A stretch of 63,577 bases of DNA, counting the filler, from Chiloscyllium plagiosum (lineage: Eukaryota): NCBI RefSeq assembly GCF_004010195.1. It is 4 parts of one record of this genome, joined end to end, with 100 filler letters (N's around TTAATTAATTAA, not from the genome) between each part and the next. Parts side by side here need not be neighbours in the genome. Positions count along the whole stretch, not along the records: positions 1 to 31,112 come from NC_057716.1; positions 31,213 to 54,967 come from NC_057716.1; 2 more parts are not named here. One strand, written 5' to 3'. The first letter of the stretch is position 1, and each line of letters begins with the position of its first letter. Shown piece by piece: positions 26,435 through 39,640 of the stretch. The notes under the pieces were generated by a model. That model searched no databases. It was not told the origin of the DNA and saw only the letters and a program-made list of their open reading frames with translations. A program made the translations under genes and the position numbers.

Positions 26435-26711
26435 CTCTTCCTGCTTTCTTGGCAAAAGTGAGGACTGCAGATGCTGGAAACCAGAGTCCAGGTTAGAGTG
26501 GTGCTGGAAAAGCACAGCAGGTCAGGCAGCATCCGAGGAGCAGGAAAATCGACATTTCGGGCAAAAAAAATCTCTCCACTCTGGAGGCTTCCTGCCTCCA
26601 TGCCTGATGAAGGGCTTTTGGCCGAAACGTCGATTTCCCTGCTCCTGGGATGCTGCCTGACCTGCTGTGCTTTTCCAGCACCACTCTGACTTAGACTCTT
26701 CCTGCTTTCTT
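26435..26711. mobile_element. Palindromic hammerhead-type element (family A variant) with 16-bp TSD
   Basis: CTCTTCCTGCTTTCTT at 26435-26450 and 26696-26711. The spacer resembles the PLE 3'UTR at about 5825-5860. Confidence 0.85.
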
Positions 26712-26879
26712 ACAGAGTGGCAGTTTTCCTTCCCTAAAGAGCATGAATGCAACGTCCCAATGGGTGTTTCAGTCTTTTGGGACCAATTCACCTGCTGTTG
26801 GCCAGACCCTGCTCAGTGAACAAGGATGCCTCACTCAGGACTTCAAGAGATCAGGTCAGGATCGTTTGGTATGAGAAAC

Positions 26880-27790
26880 TTAGAGTGTTTTACAGCATGG
26901 AAACAGACCCTTCGTTCCAACTCATCTATGCCAACCAGATATTCGAAATTAATCTAGTCCCATTTATCAGCAATTGGCCCATATCACTCTAAACTTTTCC
27001 TATTCATATACCCATCCAGATGCCTATTATATGTTGTAATTGTACCAGCATCCACCATTTCCTCTGGCAGCTCATTCCATACATGCATCACCCTGTGTGT
27101 GAAAAAGTTGCCCCTTAGATCCCTTTGAAATCTTTCCCCTCTCACTTTAAACCTATGTCCTCTAGTTTTAGACTCTCCTATCCTGGGAAAAAGGCCTTGG
27201 ATGTTCACCATATCCATGTCCTTCATGATTTTATAAACCTCTTTAATGTCACACCTTAGCCTCCAGGGAAAATATTCCAACCTATTCAGCCTGTCCCTAT
27301 ATTCAAACTCTCCAACCTTGGCAACATCCTTGACAATCTTTTTTGCATGCTTTCAAGTTTAACAACATCTTTCCTATAGCAAGGAAACCAGAACTGAACA
27401 CAGTATTTCAAAAGTGGCCTAATCAATGTCCCAAACAGCCACAAAACGACATCCCAACTCAACGCTATGACCAGTAAAGGCATACCAAACACCTTCATCA
27501 CTATGAACTATGAACCTGCACTTCAAGGTCTCTTTTGTTCAGCAATGCACATCAGGATCTTACCATTAAGTGTATAAGTCCTGCCCTGATTTACCTTACC
27601 AAAATATAGCATCTCAGTTTTATCTAAACTAAACTCCTTCGGCCCATTGGCCCATCTGATCAAGATACTGTTGTAATCTGAGGTAACCTTCTTTGCTGTC
27701 CACTGCATCTCCAATTTTGGTGTCATCTGTAAACTTGCTAACCATGCTTCCTATATTCACATCCAAATCATTTATATAAATGACAAAAAG
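26880..27790 (-). mobile_element. Decayed CR1 LINE 3' portion
   Basis: LFVIYINDLDVNIGSMVSKFTDDTKIG...; RGHRFKVRGERFQRDLRGNFFTHRV. Confidence 0.88.
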
Positions 27791-29059
27791 CAAATTTCCA
27801 AAAAAATGTTGAAACAACTTAAGGGTTACCTTAAGGGGTGCTGTATAAATTCCATCCAGTACTCATGGTGGGGACTAAACTCTGGAGCTGTAAGTCTTGG
27901 GATTACTAGCCCAGAGACATTACTTAGACTAACTTCATATCCAAGATTTTCATAGAATCACAGAATTATAGAATCCCTTTCGGCCCAACAAATCCACACC
28001 AACCCTCTGAAGAGTAATCCATCCAGACCCATTCCCCTACCCTATTATCCAATATTCACCCCTGATCAATGCATCTAACCTACATATCTCTGAACACAAT
28101 GGGCAATTTAGCAAGGTCAATCCCCCTAACATGCACATCTTTGGATTGTGGGAGGAAGCCCACATAAACAGGGGAGAATGAGCAAACTCCACACAGACAG
28201 GAATCAAACCCAGATCCTGCCGCTGTGAGGCAGCAATGCTAAACTGAAAATAAATTTTGCAAGCTGTGGTGAGATTGAAGTTAGTGAGCTCAGAACACAA
28301 GTACAAAGATTACTAGCCCATTGACATTGGCATTACAGTCATCGCTGAGCTTCAACAACATGGACCATGGAAATTGGGAGCTCTTTGCTCCACAATTGTA
28401 TGAATACTTTTGAAGATTTCAAGTCTGAGAAGATGGATTTTTGTTGGATAAAGGAATCAATGGACCAGGAGGTAAGGAAATTTGAGATACAGGATCTTGA
28501 ACTCAATGGATAGTGGAATGGACTAGAGGGACTGAATGGCTCCTCCTATCATTAATGTTTCTGACACAAATCATAGGGTCAAGTTCAGCCTCTCTGAAAG
28601 AAAGGTTTACATCTCAGTAATTTCAAGTGTTTTACTGTCGGTGAATGCCTTTCCATTATACTATCGAAATGCAGACAATTTGAACACAACCATCCCCCTC
28701 AAACAGCAATAATTTCTAAAGATTCTTTTCATGGTACATGGGTAAATCTGGCTAAGTCAGCAGTTATTGCCCATCCCTAATTGCCCAGAAGGCTGTTGGT
28801 CTGGAGTCACATGTAGGCCAGACCAGGTAAGGATGGCAGATTTCCTTTTCTAAAAGGCCGAAGTGAACCAGGTGAGTTTTTACAACAACTGATAGTATTT
28901 ATGTGGTTACCATTAGGCCAATGTTTCATTTTTGGTTCTTTAAAAAAGTTCAACTTCAAAATCTGCTGTGTTGAGGGTCAAATTCATGAACGTAAAACTG
29001 AGGTTCTGAATGATTAGTCAATGACATTACCGCAATACTGTCTTCTGCTCTCATGGTTT

Positions 29060-29368
29060 TAATATGGTCTCTATTATAATGTAACCACTGTAATAGTATA
29101 GACATGGTCGTAATGTGGTCACTGTTGTAATATAAACACTACTTCAATATAGTCATGACTGTGCCTTAGTTACTATTGTAATAAAGTCACTGTCATAATG
29201 TGATCATTAATGTAATGTGGTTATCATTGCAACAAAGCCACTGTTATAATGTGGCCATTGTTATAATGTGGTCACTATTGTAATTAAGTCACAGTTGCAA
29301 TGTGATCACTATGGAATGAAGTCCTGATTATAACATGGTCAGTATTGTAATGTAGTCACTGTTATAAC
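29060..29368. repeat. Degenerate AT-rich ~20-bp minisatellite
   Basis: Repeated GTCACTGTTATAATGTG-like units. Confidence 0.65.
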
Positions 29369-30108
29369 AACTGAAAGGACTGCAGATGCTGTAAATCAAA
29401 GACAAAAGTAGTAATTGCTGGAAAAGCTCAGCAGATCTGGCAGCATCTGTGGAGAGAAGTCAGAGTTAACATTTTCAGGTTGAGCGACCTTTCCTCAGAA
29501 TTGTAAACCCAGGGTGACTTTACCCGAAACGTTAACTCTGATTTCTCTCCACAGATGCTGCCAGATCTGCTGAGCTTTTCCAGCAATTACTACTTTTGTC
29601 ACTGTTGTNNNNNNNNNNNNNNNNNNNNNNNNNNNNNNNNNNNNNNNNNNNNNNNNNNNNNNNNNNNNNNNNNNNNNNNNNNNNNNNNNNNNNNNNNNNN
29701 NNNNNNNNNNNNNNNNNNNNNNNNNNNNNNNNNNNNNNNNNNNNNNNNNNNNNNNNNNNNNNNNNNNNNNNNNNNNNNNNNNNNNNNNNNNNNNNNNNNN
29801 NNNNNNNNNNNNNNNNNNNNNNNNNNNNNNNNNNNNNNNNNNNNNNNNNNNNNNNNNNNNNNNNNNNNNNNNNNNNNNNNNNNNNNNNNNNNNNNNNNNN
29901 NNNNNNNNNNNNNNNNNNNNNNNNNNNNNNNNNNNNNNNNNNNNNNNNNNNNNNNNNNNNNNNNNNNNNNNNNNNNNNNNNNNNNNNNNNNNNNNNNNNN
30001 NNNNNNNNNNNNNNNNNNNNNNNNNNNNNNNNNNNNNNNNNNNNNNNNNNNNNNNNNNNNNNNNNNNNNNNNNNNNNNNNNNNNNNNNNNNNNNNNNNNN
30101 NNNNNNNN

Positions 30109-31112
30109 CGGCCACTGACATCCCCACTCCGGCCACTGACAGCCCCACTCCAGCCACTGACAGCCCCACTCCAGCCACTGACATCCCCACTCCGGCCACT
30201 GACGTCCCCACTCCAGCTACTGATGTCCCCAATCCGGCCACTGACATCCCCACTCCGGCCACTGACATCCCGCTCCGGCCACTGACATCCCCACTCCAGC
30301 CACTGACGTCCCCACTCCGGCCACTGCCATCCCCACTCCGGCCACTGCCATCCCCACTCCAGCCACTGACGTCCCCACTCCGGCCAATGCCATCCCCACT
30401 CCGGCCACTGATGTCCCCACTCCGGCCACTGACATCCAGCTCCGGCCACTGCCATCCCCACTCCGGCCACTGACATACCCACTCCGGCCACTGACATCCC
30501 CACTCCGGACACTATCGTCCCCACTCCGGCCACTGACGTCCCCACTCCGGCCTCTGTCATCCCCACTCCGGACACTATCGTCCCCAATCCGGCACCTGCC
30601 ATCCCCACTCCGGCCCCTGCCATCCCCACTCCGGCCACTGACATCCCCACTCCGGTCACTGACATCCCCACTCCGGCCACTGACGTCCCCACTCCGGCCA
30701 CTGACATTCTCGCTCCAGCCACTGACATCCCCACTCCGGCCACTGACTTCCTCAATCAGGCCACTGACATCCCCACTCCGGCCACTGACGTCCCCAATCC
30801 GGCCACTGACTTCCTTGCTCCAGCCACTGACATCCCCACTCCGACCACTGACATCCCGCTCCGGTCACTGATATCCCCAATCCGGCCACTGCCATCCCTA
30901 CTCCGGCACTGCCATCCCCACTCCGGCCACTGACGTCCCCACTCCAGCTACTGACATCCCCACTCCGGCCACTGACATCCCCACTCCAGCTACTGACGTC
31001 CCCAGTCCGGCCACTGACATCCCCACTCCGGCCACTGACATCCCGCTCCGGCCACTGATATCCCCAATCAGGCCACTGACATCCCCACTCCGGCCACTGA
31101 CTTCCTCAATCA
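30109..31112. repeat. 21-bp GC-rich minisatellite (CCACTGACATCCCCACTCCGG)n
   Basis: About 1 kb of tandem units bounded by N gaps. It produces the spurious SVAGVGM-repeat ORFs. Confidence 0.95.
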
Positions 31113-31212
31113 NNNNNNNNNNNNNNNNNNNNNNNNNNNNNNNNNNNNNNNNNNNNTTAATTAATTAANNNNNNNNNNNNNNNNNNNNNNNNNNNNNNNN
31201 NNNNNNNNNNNN
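31113..31212. other. Artificial scaffold-joining spacer
   Basis: Exactly 44 N + TTAATTAATTAA (31157-31168, stop codons in all six frames) + 44 N. Confidence 0.97.
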
Positions 31213-32680
31213 CAGCATGGATTTATGAATGGGAAATCATGCTTGACTAATCTTCTTGAATTTTTTGAGGATGTAACTCTGAAGATGGACGAGGGAGATC
31301 TAGTAGATGTAGTGTACCTGGACTTTCAGAAAGCTTTTGATAAAGTCCCACATAGGAGGTTAGTGAGCAAAATTAGGGCGCATGGTATTGGGAACAAAGT
31401 ACTAACTTGGATTGAAAGTTGGTTGGCTGACAGGAAACAAAGAGTAGTGATAAACGGCTCCATTTCGGAATGGCAGGCAGTGACCAGTGGGGTACAGCAG
31501 GGATCAGTACTGGGACTGCAGCTTTTTACAATATATGTTAATGATATAGAAGATGGTATTAGCAATAACATTAGCAAATTTGCTGATGATACTAAGCTGT
31601 GTGGCAGGATGAAATGTGATGAGGATGTTAGGAGATTACAGGGTGACCTGGACAAGTTAGGTGAGTGCTGGAAATGTGTTGCTGGAAAAGCGCAGCAGGT
31701 CAGGCAGCATCCAGGGAACAGGAGAATCGACGTTTCGGGCAAAAGCCCTTCTTCAGGCTTATGCCTGAAACGTCGATTCTCCTGTTCCCTGGATGCTGCC
31801 TGACCTGCTGCGCTTTTCCAGCAACACATTTCCAGCTCTGATCTCCAGCATCTGCAGACCTCACTTTCTCCTCAAAGTTAGGTGAGTGGTCAGATGCATG
31901 ACAGGTGCCGTTTAATGTGGATAAATGTATGGTTATCCACTTTGGTGGCAAGAACAGGAAGGCAGAATATAGGGGCAGTACAGAGAGATATGGGTGTTCT
32001 TGTACACCAGTCAATGAAGGTAAGCATGCAGGTACAGCAGGTAGTGAAGAAGGCTAATAGCATGCTGGCCTTCATAACAAGAGGGATTGAGTATAGAAGC
32101 AAAGAGGTTCTTCTGCAGCTGTATAGGGCCCTGGTGAGACCACACCTGGAGTATTGTGTGCAGTTCTGGTCTCCAAATTTGAGGAAAGACATTCTGGCTA
32201 TTGAGGGAGTGCAGCGTAGGTTCACGAGGTCAATTCCTGGAATAGTGAGACTATCTTATTCTGAAAGACTGGAGTGACTGGGTTTGTATACCCTTGAGTT
32301 TAGAAGATCTGATTGAGACAAATAAGATTATTAATGGATTGGACACTCTGGAGGCAGGAAACATGTTTCTGCTGATGGGTGAGTGCCGAACCAGAGGACA
32401 CAGCTTAAAAATACGGGGTAGACCGTTTAGGACAGAGATGAGGAGAAATTTCTTCACCCAAAGAGTGGTGGGTGTGTGGAATGCTCTGCCCCAGAGGGCA
32501 GTGGAGGCCCAGTCCCTGGATTCATTTAAGAAAGAGTTGGATAGAGCTCTCAAGGATAGTGGAATCAAGGGTTATGGAGATAAGGCAGGAAGAGGATACT
32601 GATTAAGGATGATCAGCCATGATCATATTGAATGGTGGTGCAGGCTCGAAGGGCAGAATGGCCTACTCCTGCACCTATTG
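31213..32680 (+). mobile_element. CR1 LINE ORF2 RT-to-3' end, interrupted by a palindromic element
   Basis: GKSCLTNLLEFFEDVT...YLDFQKAFDKVPH...SGVQQGSVLG...KFADDTKL; LYRALVRPHLEYCVQFWSP. Confidence 0.93.
31654..31888. mobile_element. Palindromic hammerhead element (family A) with 14-bp TSD
   Basis: AAGTTAGGTGAGTG at 31654-31667 and 31875-31888. Minus-strand core CTGAAGA-A-GGGC-TTTT-GCCC-GAAA-CG-TC at about 31729-31756. Confidence 0.88.
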
Positions 32681-32683
32681 TCT

Positions 32684-33455
32684 AGCCTCCACTACTTCCT
32701 CTGGCAGCTCATTCCATACACGTACCACCCTCTGCGTGAAAAAGTTGCCCCGTAGGTCTCTTTTATATCTTTCCCCTCTCACCCTAAACCTATGCCCTCT
32801 AGTTCTAGTCTCCCCAACCCCAGGGAGAAGAGTTTGCCTATTTACCCTATCCACGTCCCTCATAATTTTGTAAACCTCTATAAGGTCACCCCTCAGCCTC
32901 CGACGCACCAGAGAAAACAGTCCCAGCCTGTTCAGCCTCTCCCTGTAGCTCAAATCCACCAACCCTGCCAATATCCTTGTAAATCTTTTCTGAACCCTTT
33001 TAAGTTTCACAACATCTTTCCAATAGGAAGGAGACCAGAATTACATGCAATATTCCAACAGTGGCCTAACCAATGTCCTGTACAGCCGCAACATGACCTC
33101 CCAACTCCTGTATTCAATACTCTGACCAATAAAGGAAAGCATACCAAACACCGCCTTCACTGTTCTGTCTACTTGCGACTCCACTTTCAAGGAGCTATGA
33201 ACCTGCACTCCAAGGTCTCTTTGTTCAGCAGCACTCCCTAGGACCTTACCATTAAGCATATAAGATTTGCTTTCCCAAAATGTAGCACCTCCCATTTATC
33301 TGAATTAAACTCCATCTACCACTTCTCAGCCCATTGGCCTATCTGGTCAAGATCCTGTTGTGATCTGAGGTAACCCTCTTCACTGCCCACTACACCTCCA
33401 ATTTTGGGGTCATCTGCAAACTTGCTAACTGTACCTCTTATGCTCCCATCCAAAT
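32684..33455 (-). mobile_element. CR1 LINE fragment
   Basis: KLKRVQKRFTRILAGL...LRGDLIEVYKI...RGNFFTQRVVRVWNELPEEVVEA. Confidence 0.9.
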
Positions 33456-33573
33456 CTCAAGCCCTCCATTTGCAGTAACATCCTGGTAAATATTTTCTGA
33501 ACTTTAGTAGCATCTTTCCTGTAACAAGGCGACCATAATTGTACACACTACTCCAGAAGAGACCTCACCAACG

Positions 33574-33802
33574 TCTTACACGTGATGTGTTGCTGGAAAA
33601 GCGCAGCAGGTCAGGCAGCATCCAGGGAACAGGAGAATCGACGTTTCGGGCATAAGCCCTTCTTCAGGAAGGGCTTATGCCCGAAACGTCGATTCTCCTG
33701 TTCCCTGGATGCTGCCTGACCTGCTGCGCTTTTCCAGCAACACATTTTCAGCTCTGATCTCCAGCATCTGCAGACCTCACTTTCTCCTCTTACACATGAT
33801 GT
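33574..33802. mobile_element. Palindromic hammerhead element (family A) with 15-bp TSD
   Basis: TCTTACAC(G/A)TGATGT at 33574-33588 and 33788-33802. Near-perfect inverted arms of about 75 bp. Minus-strand core CTGAAGA-A-GGGC-TTAT-GCCC-GAAA-CG-TC at about 33640-33667. Confidence 0.88.
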
Positions 33803-34839
33803 CCCAACTAAGAGCCTTGGGTAGATGTAAATGATTCCATACTCATTATTCTAAAGAGGCATTTATCCCTCAACCAAATCACTTGCTTTAAAAAAAGGTC
33901 AGATTGCAACATTGTGCAACATTGCCTGGAAAGTGCTTTGAAACATCAATTGTTCCCCCATCCATAAATAAAGCTATCTCGTGGAAGGGGTGAGAGAAGT
34001 ATTGGAGAAAACATTTCCATTGTTCATGTCTTTAGTCAGGCAATACCTGGACTGCTGTACAGTGTTGCAGTGCATGCTGAAGGAAGGTTATACTGCATTG
34101 AAGATGGTACTGTAGACTGGTCCCTCTGAGAGAATTTGTTCTATGTTCTCTGAAGTTTAGAAGAATGAAAGATGGTGTAAGTGGAGCGTAACCATATTCT
34201 GAAGGGCCTTGATAAAATAGGTACTGAAAGGATATCTCCAATCTAGAGCAGTTGCATCATCTGGGAGCCATAAATATGAAACACTTTTGTTTAAATCCAG
34301 GAAAGAATTCTGGAGAAAGTTATATACCTGGAAATGGTAATAATGTGGAACTCTCTGCCGCAAAGCAGGTGAAAAGGTGAAAAACATTGATGCATTTAAG
34401 AGGAAGCTAGGTAAGAGATAAAGTCACCATAGAGCAGCTATTGTCTATCTTTAGAAGGAAATAACTAGTGGTGGTTCAGTCGGAGGGTCACCATGCCTCA
34501 GGTGAGGGAAAGGTTGGCATGGAGAATCCTTCATGGTAACCTCAACCAATGTGAGATTTGAACCCACATTGGCTGCTATGCAATGCAAAGTGATGTCAAC
34601 AATCAGCTAACTGAACTGACCAACCCTCTGAGGAAGCTAGGTGAGTACATGAAAGGCAAAGGACTAGAGAGCATAGTGATTGTGTTAGGTGAGGAAGGAA
34701 TGGTAAGAGGCGTGTGAGAGATTTTAACATTGGCATTGACCTGCAGTGCTGAACGGCTTGTTTCTGCGCTGTGAAGGCTTTTTTCTGAGTGCTAATTTTG
34801 GTTTTGGCTGAATTTTCCTCTACTCTTTTTACATTGTAG

Positions 34840-34978
34840 GTACTCACAGGCCCTGCAGCATCTGCTAACCTCTACAATGGTGACTAACCCACAAGAGAGA
34901 CCAAATATTACCTGGGTCCTGAACCAGACCAAACAATTACTGCAGATAGAAGCCGTCGAGGAGACTAAATTGGCATGA
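34840..34978 (+). CDS. STK16: Serine/threonine kinase 16, last coding exon (not in ORF track)
   Basis: Pyrimidine tract + TTGTAG acceptor (AG 34838-34839). After 1 nt it reads YSQALQHLLTSTMVTNPQERPNITWVLNQTKQLLQIEAVEETKLA* (TGA 34976-34978), resembling kinase subdomain XI of human STK16 as recalled (RHSSALRQLLNSMMTVDPHQRPHI). It lies tail-to-tail with an alpha-tubulin, as STK16/TUBA4A do in human. Upstream exons were not found in this scaffold. Confidence 0.85.
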
Positions 34979-37900
34979 TTTCAGCAGCACAGATGTGAAT
35001 GGCTCTGTCTAACCTGCAAGTGCTCTGGTTTCTCAGCTGTCGGACCTCAGACACTGCTGTACAATGTAGCAAAAACCTTACCCTCAGCAACTGAGGCAGT
35101 GGACCAGGACAGGACATCGTGTTCATTCTGTTCCTGAATCGTTTGTGCTTGGCTCGACGTTGAAGGGCAGGGAGAAAGAAATGCACGTGTTTTTTTCTTC
35201 TTTTCAAAGGCAATCAGCTGCTCACTTTGCTCCAATACCTCTCCCTGTGCTTTTTCACGTTCTTGCATTTGTATTGATCTTTGTCCACCAAATCCACAAC
35301 TACCTTCTTTCTTACGTTGAAGAACGTTGGAATGTCCTGGATAGTTTTACTCCTTCTGTGGCAAAAAGGAGGCGGGGTACTTGTTGGTAAATGATTTCTT
35401 GACCATCCATTTATTTATTATTTGAGGCAACGGTGATTTTGGCTCTCATTAAAACACGCTGTGTTTAGCATACCTTCAACCTGTTAGGAAATCTCTTGTC
35501 AATCATCTTTCTCCGTAAGGAAATTTAAATCCATATCTCAGTAACCAGATGGCAGCAAATTGCCAGGTATCCAGGATTGCATAGCATGCTCTTAACCATT
35601 TCCGCCCCCCCACAGGCGTGCACGCACACCTCCACCCACCCCAATCCTGTCATTGTAAATTTCTCGCGTTGATCATACCCAAGTGGTTTATTGTATAACT
35701 ATCCCCCACTCACTGCCTCTTGCTGGACAGATGTTCTGGTTGTATTGTAGAGAACCTGCTAACTGCTCGGGATCCCTGAGGCACTGAACTCCTGCCCTCC
35801 TGCTCCAAGGCCAATGCATTGCTGTTTCCATTCAGTCTGCTAACTCTTTCATGATGTGCTAATTCCAACTGAGCTGCATAGAGCTTCCGAGTTGGCAAGA
35901 AAGTGCAGATACAGAGGTGGCCTTGTACTTGCACAGTCAGGGGAGCCAGGGCTGATTCCTGTTCTGTTGTACTGCCATTTACATGCTTGTAACTGAGAGG
36001 ACTACCTTGACAATCACAAGTCATGTCAGCAGTGCACGTAGTAACCTTTATTTAACCTGTCATGGTGCTGCAACACCTTGTCCCTCACACCCCCAATCCA
36101 GCTTGCAATGTTCTTTAAAATATCTTTTTAACATTGCAGCTTGGGCTGTGGATGCTTTGTTATCTCAGCTATCCTTTTTGGAAACCATTGGGCAGGGTGG
36201 TTCGTCCTTACCGTCTTTTTCAGTGTTTATCCACCAGCATCCAAAATTAGACACTTAGGAATTGCAAACTGGGTCTAGTTCTCGTCCACTTTACTTTTCT
36301 CCTCCACCTCCCCAGAAATAACTGAGTACCTGGCATCTACTGAGGGCCAAACTATTGTCACCAAGTTGGTTAACCCACGCTCAGCGAACTACTTAGAATC
36401 CCCGTATTTGCTCCTTCCCATATCTTTAACAGCCAAACAGGAAACAAAAACAGATCGGAAATAAACAGAGTAAGTCATTTCCTCACTGTCTCATTGCCAA
36501 TTAAAGGATTTGTGATTCCCTTTCCATCCCTCTGCTCATTCATTTTGATGCCAGCTTCCTTCGATCTTTTCAGACAAGTGCAGGGAAATAATAGAAGGAA
36601 AGAGATGAGAGACTGGCTATAATTTTTAATCTACATCATTGTAGAATGGTATTATACAGCATGGAACGAAGCTGTTTGGCCCATTTAATAATCCCTGTCA
36701 GCTTTCGAAGAGCTCCTAACTGCACCACCTCAAAATGGTCAGTCCTTCTGGAAATAAAGAAGTCATCTATCCAATCACCAGCTTAGCACAAGAAGGTTTT
36801 TACCACACTTCTGCAAGTGGAACTGTGAAGTCACAAGACCACTTCAATGAAAATCCTTTGTTGTGGTTAATGCTTCAGTTCCTGCTCAGAGTGCTGGACT
36901 TGTGCATGACTGGTATGAGATAACAAGTGTCTTCCTTCCTCTTCTCCACCCCTCTCAACTGTAACAATTCGAAGCCACAATATACATGGTGAATCGAGAA
37001 AAAACCTGAAATAATTTTAGGAAGGATGAGGAGATGGGACTGACTCCTTTGCTGGCATTCTTAGTAAAACTAACGTTAGGTAATTAGATGGCTCCGCACT
37101 TTTCTATTATGCCTTTCCAGCATTATACAATAAAACCAGTGATATTCACCAGATGATAACTTTATTCAGCCAGTGGTCACACACAGTACTGCAATGCTGG
37201 AAATCTAAAATTTTTTGAAAAACAGCTAGAATGTTGAAACCAGAGTTAGTATTTCAGATTGATAATCTTTCGGCCCAACTCCAAGGAGTTAAATAGGAAT
37301 AGCGTTTAAGCAAGTACAAAGGGGGCAAGGAGATAATTCAGGGGAATGGGGCTATCATAAAGTGGATGTTGCCTTTAACCTGCATCATCATACAGGAGGC
37401 CATTTGGCCCGTCAAATCCCTGCCAACTTCTGTGAAAAGTAATCCTGTTTGTCCCACTGTCCTGTTCTTACACTTGGGAGGGAAAAATATGCTGAGGTTT
37501 TTATCCAGTTTAATTTTGAAAGCTACTGTTGAATCTGGTCACCAATTGCCTTGGATCTGTGCTCTCTGGTTGTGCACCTTTCAGCCATTAGAACTAGTTT
37601 TTCTTAATTAATGCCTTTACAATGTTAAACATGTCCACCAAATCACCTCTCAGCATTCTCTGCTCTAAGAAGAATAACAGCTCCACAATTCTAAAGGTTA
37701 GAAATTAGGTTTCACTGTTTTATTTAAGTGAAAACAAAATGCCAAGTGGTAGAGCAAGCCGAATAGAACCTGAATGTAAAAGTAGGTCAGCATTTGAGAT
37801 TTGGCCTGCTTTGTTAGTCTGTGCTGTGGAGTTGGGGAGGGGCTGAGCAGTTTTGGATTTGTTGCATTCTCTGAAGGGATGTTTTTTGTTATGTAATAAC

Positions 37901-38805
37901 GTCTCGCTGAATGGTTAGTGGGTGCATGTTAGATTACTTAGATGTTAGATTACTTAGATGTTAGATTACTTTGAGAAGACGCCTCTGAGAAGTATAGAAA
38001 ACAATGTAGACAGTCAATTAGTAACAGGGAGAAAGTGCAGATGCAACATTCCTGATGAAGGGCTTATGTCTGAAACGTCAACTGTCCTGCTCTTTCAGTG
38101 CTGCCTGACCTGCTGTGCTTTTCCAGCACCACATTTTTCAACTTAGTCAATAGGTGACATTAAGTCATAAATATTGTACACAGCTGCATGTTACCTCTGT
38201 CTTTGCATAGGGAGGGACTTGATATGTGGAATGAACTTTCTGGCGAGGCCCTTAATCTGTATGGATGACCCTTGTTGGGTCTCCTCTGTACCTTTTGTAT
38301 CAGCTTTGCTCATATGGCAGCGCTCACAACTTTGGAGGTGGGTTCTAGCTTTCAGTTCTATTCTACAATCTTAAGCACGTAATCTAGGCTGACAGTTCAG
38401 ATTGTCACTGTTGATTTTGTCCTCTGGGTATAAAATGTTCCGTCTGCTTATTTAAGCAGGGTTTTGTCACAATCTGAATTGACCTGTTTAAAAAAAGCAC
38501 ATGATCATTTTAACATGGCTCTTTCTGTTCAGGCAGCGTTAATTTCAATGTGGCTGTTGCCCAGATAGCAACAGTTATTTCATCTCCATTTGTACCCAGT
38601 GAGTTGTTATGATCTGAAATGCACTGCCTGGAATGGTGAAGGGAGCTGATTTTTTAGTAACAAGTGAAAAGGAATTGGATCTGTCATTCTAAAATAGCCA
38701 TTTCAGGACTATGGAGAATAAGCAGTGAGTGGGATTAATTGGAGAAGTCTACTAGAGAGTTGGCACAGGTACAGTGGGTTAGATTGCCCCGTTCTCTTCA
38801 TGAAG

Positions 38806-39047
38806 TGGGGATTGGTTAGCTCAGTTGGCTGGAGGGTTGGTGTGTAATCTAGAGTGACACCAACAGCGTGAGTTGAATTCCTGCACTGGCTGAGGTTACC
38901 ACAAGGATCTTGCCTTCTCTACCTCTCCTCTTGCCTGAGTCATTGTGATCCTCAGGTTAAACCACTACCTACTCACTCTCACACTCTGTCTTGCTCATGG
39001 GAGAGCAGCCCATGGCCTGGTAAAACTATGGCAACTTTACCTTTTTA
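38806..39047 (+). mobile_element. tRNA-derived SINE (second family)
   Basis: A box TAGCTCAGTTGG, B-box-like GAGTTGAATTCC, tail GCAACTTTACCTTT. A related minus-strand copy lies at about 34420-34626. Confidence 0.65.
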
Positions 39048-39602
39048 CTTCATGAAGTGCTGCTAATTTTGGAAAGTGCTATATATGTTCAGTTATTTAA
39101 CAATATTCCGACAGGAGGTTCTTTTTTGTGGAAACCTGTTCATGAATCAAAACATTAGAATAAGCTGCAAGATCCCAAGATTGAAGAGAGTGAGCAAGCT
39201 AACTTTATGTTTTCCATTTAACATTTTCCTTTATCTTTGTGAAACTAGAATCAAACTGTTCCAGAAAAGCCTGTCCAATTTAAAATGATGTCGTAGTTTT
39301 ACTTATCAAGTAAATTATTTATTTAACCATGCTGTCTGCAACCCAGCAGTCTTATCCCATTTGTTTGATATCTACATGAAATGACCATCACGTGCCCAAG
39401 CAACACAGCTAGTATTTCACTGAGGGAGACATGAAGATGCATATGAATCACCATAGTTTTAAACATCATTTGCTTATCATAGGTTACCCATGTTAGTTAG
39501 CAAGTAATTTCATCCCATAGTCTCAACTTTGACTTTTCTGAAACTGATTAAATTAATGAAATGATTAACTTGATGTTAGCGAGCATCTGCATGGGACTTT
39601 GG

Positions 39603-39634
<32 letters not shown>

Positions 39635-39640
39635 TGTGTG

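Noticed and set aside
29495..30755. Long ORFs (257-407 aa) with SVAGVGM repeats
   Set aside because: They are translations of a 21-bp minisatellite plus a 500-N gap, with no splice or homology support.
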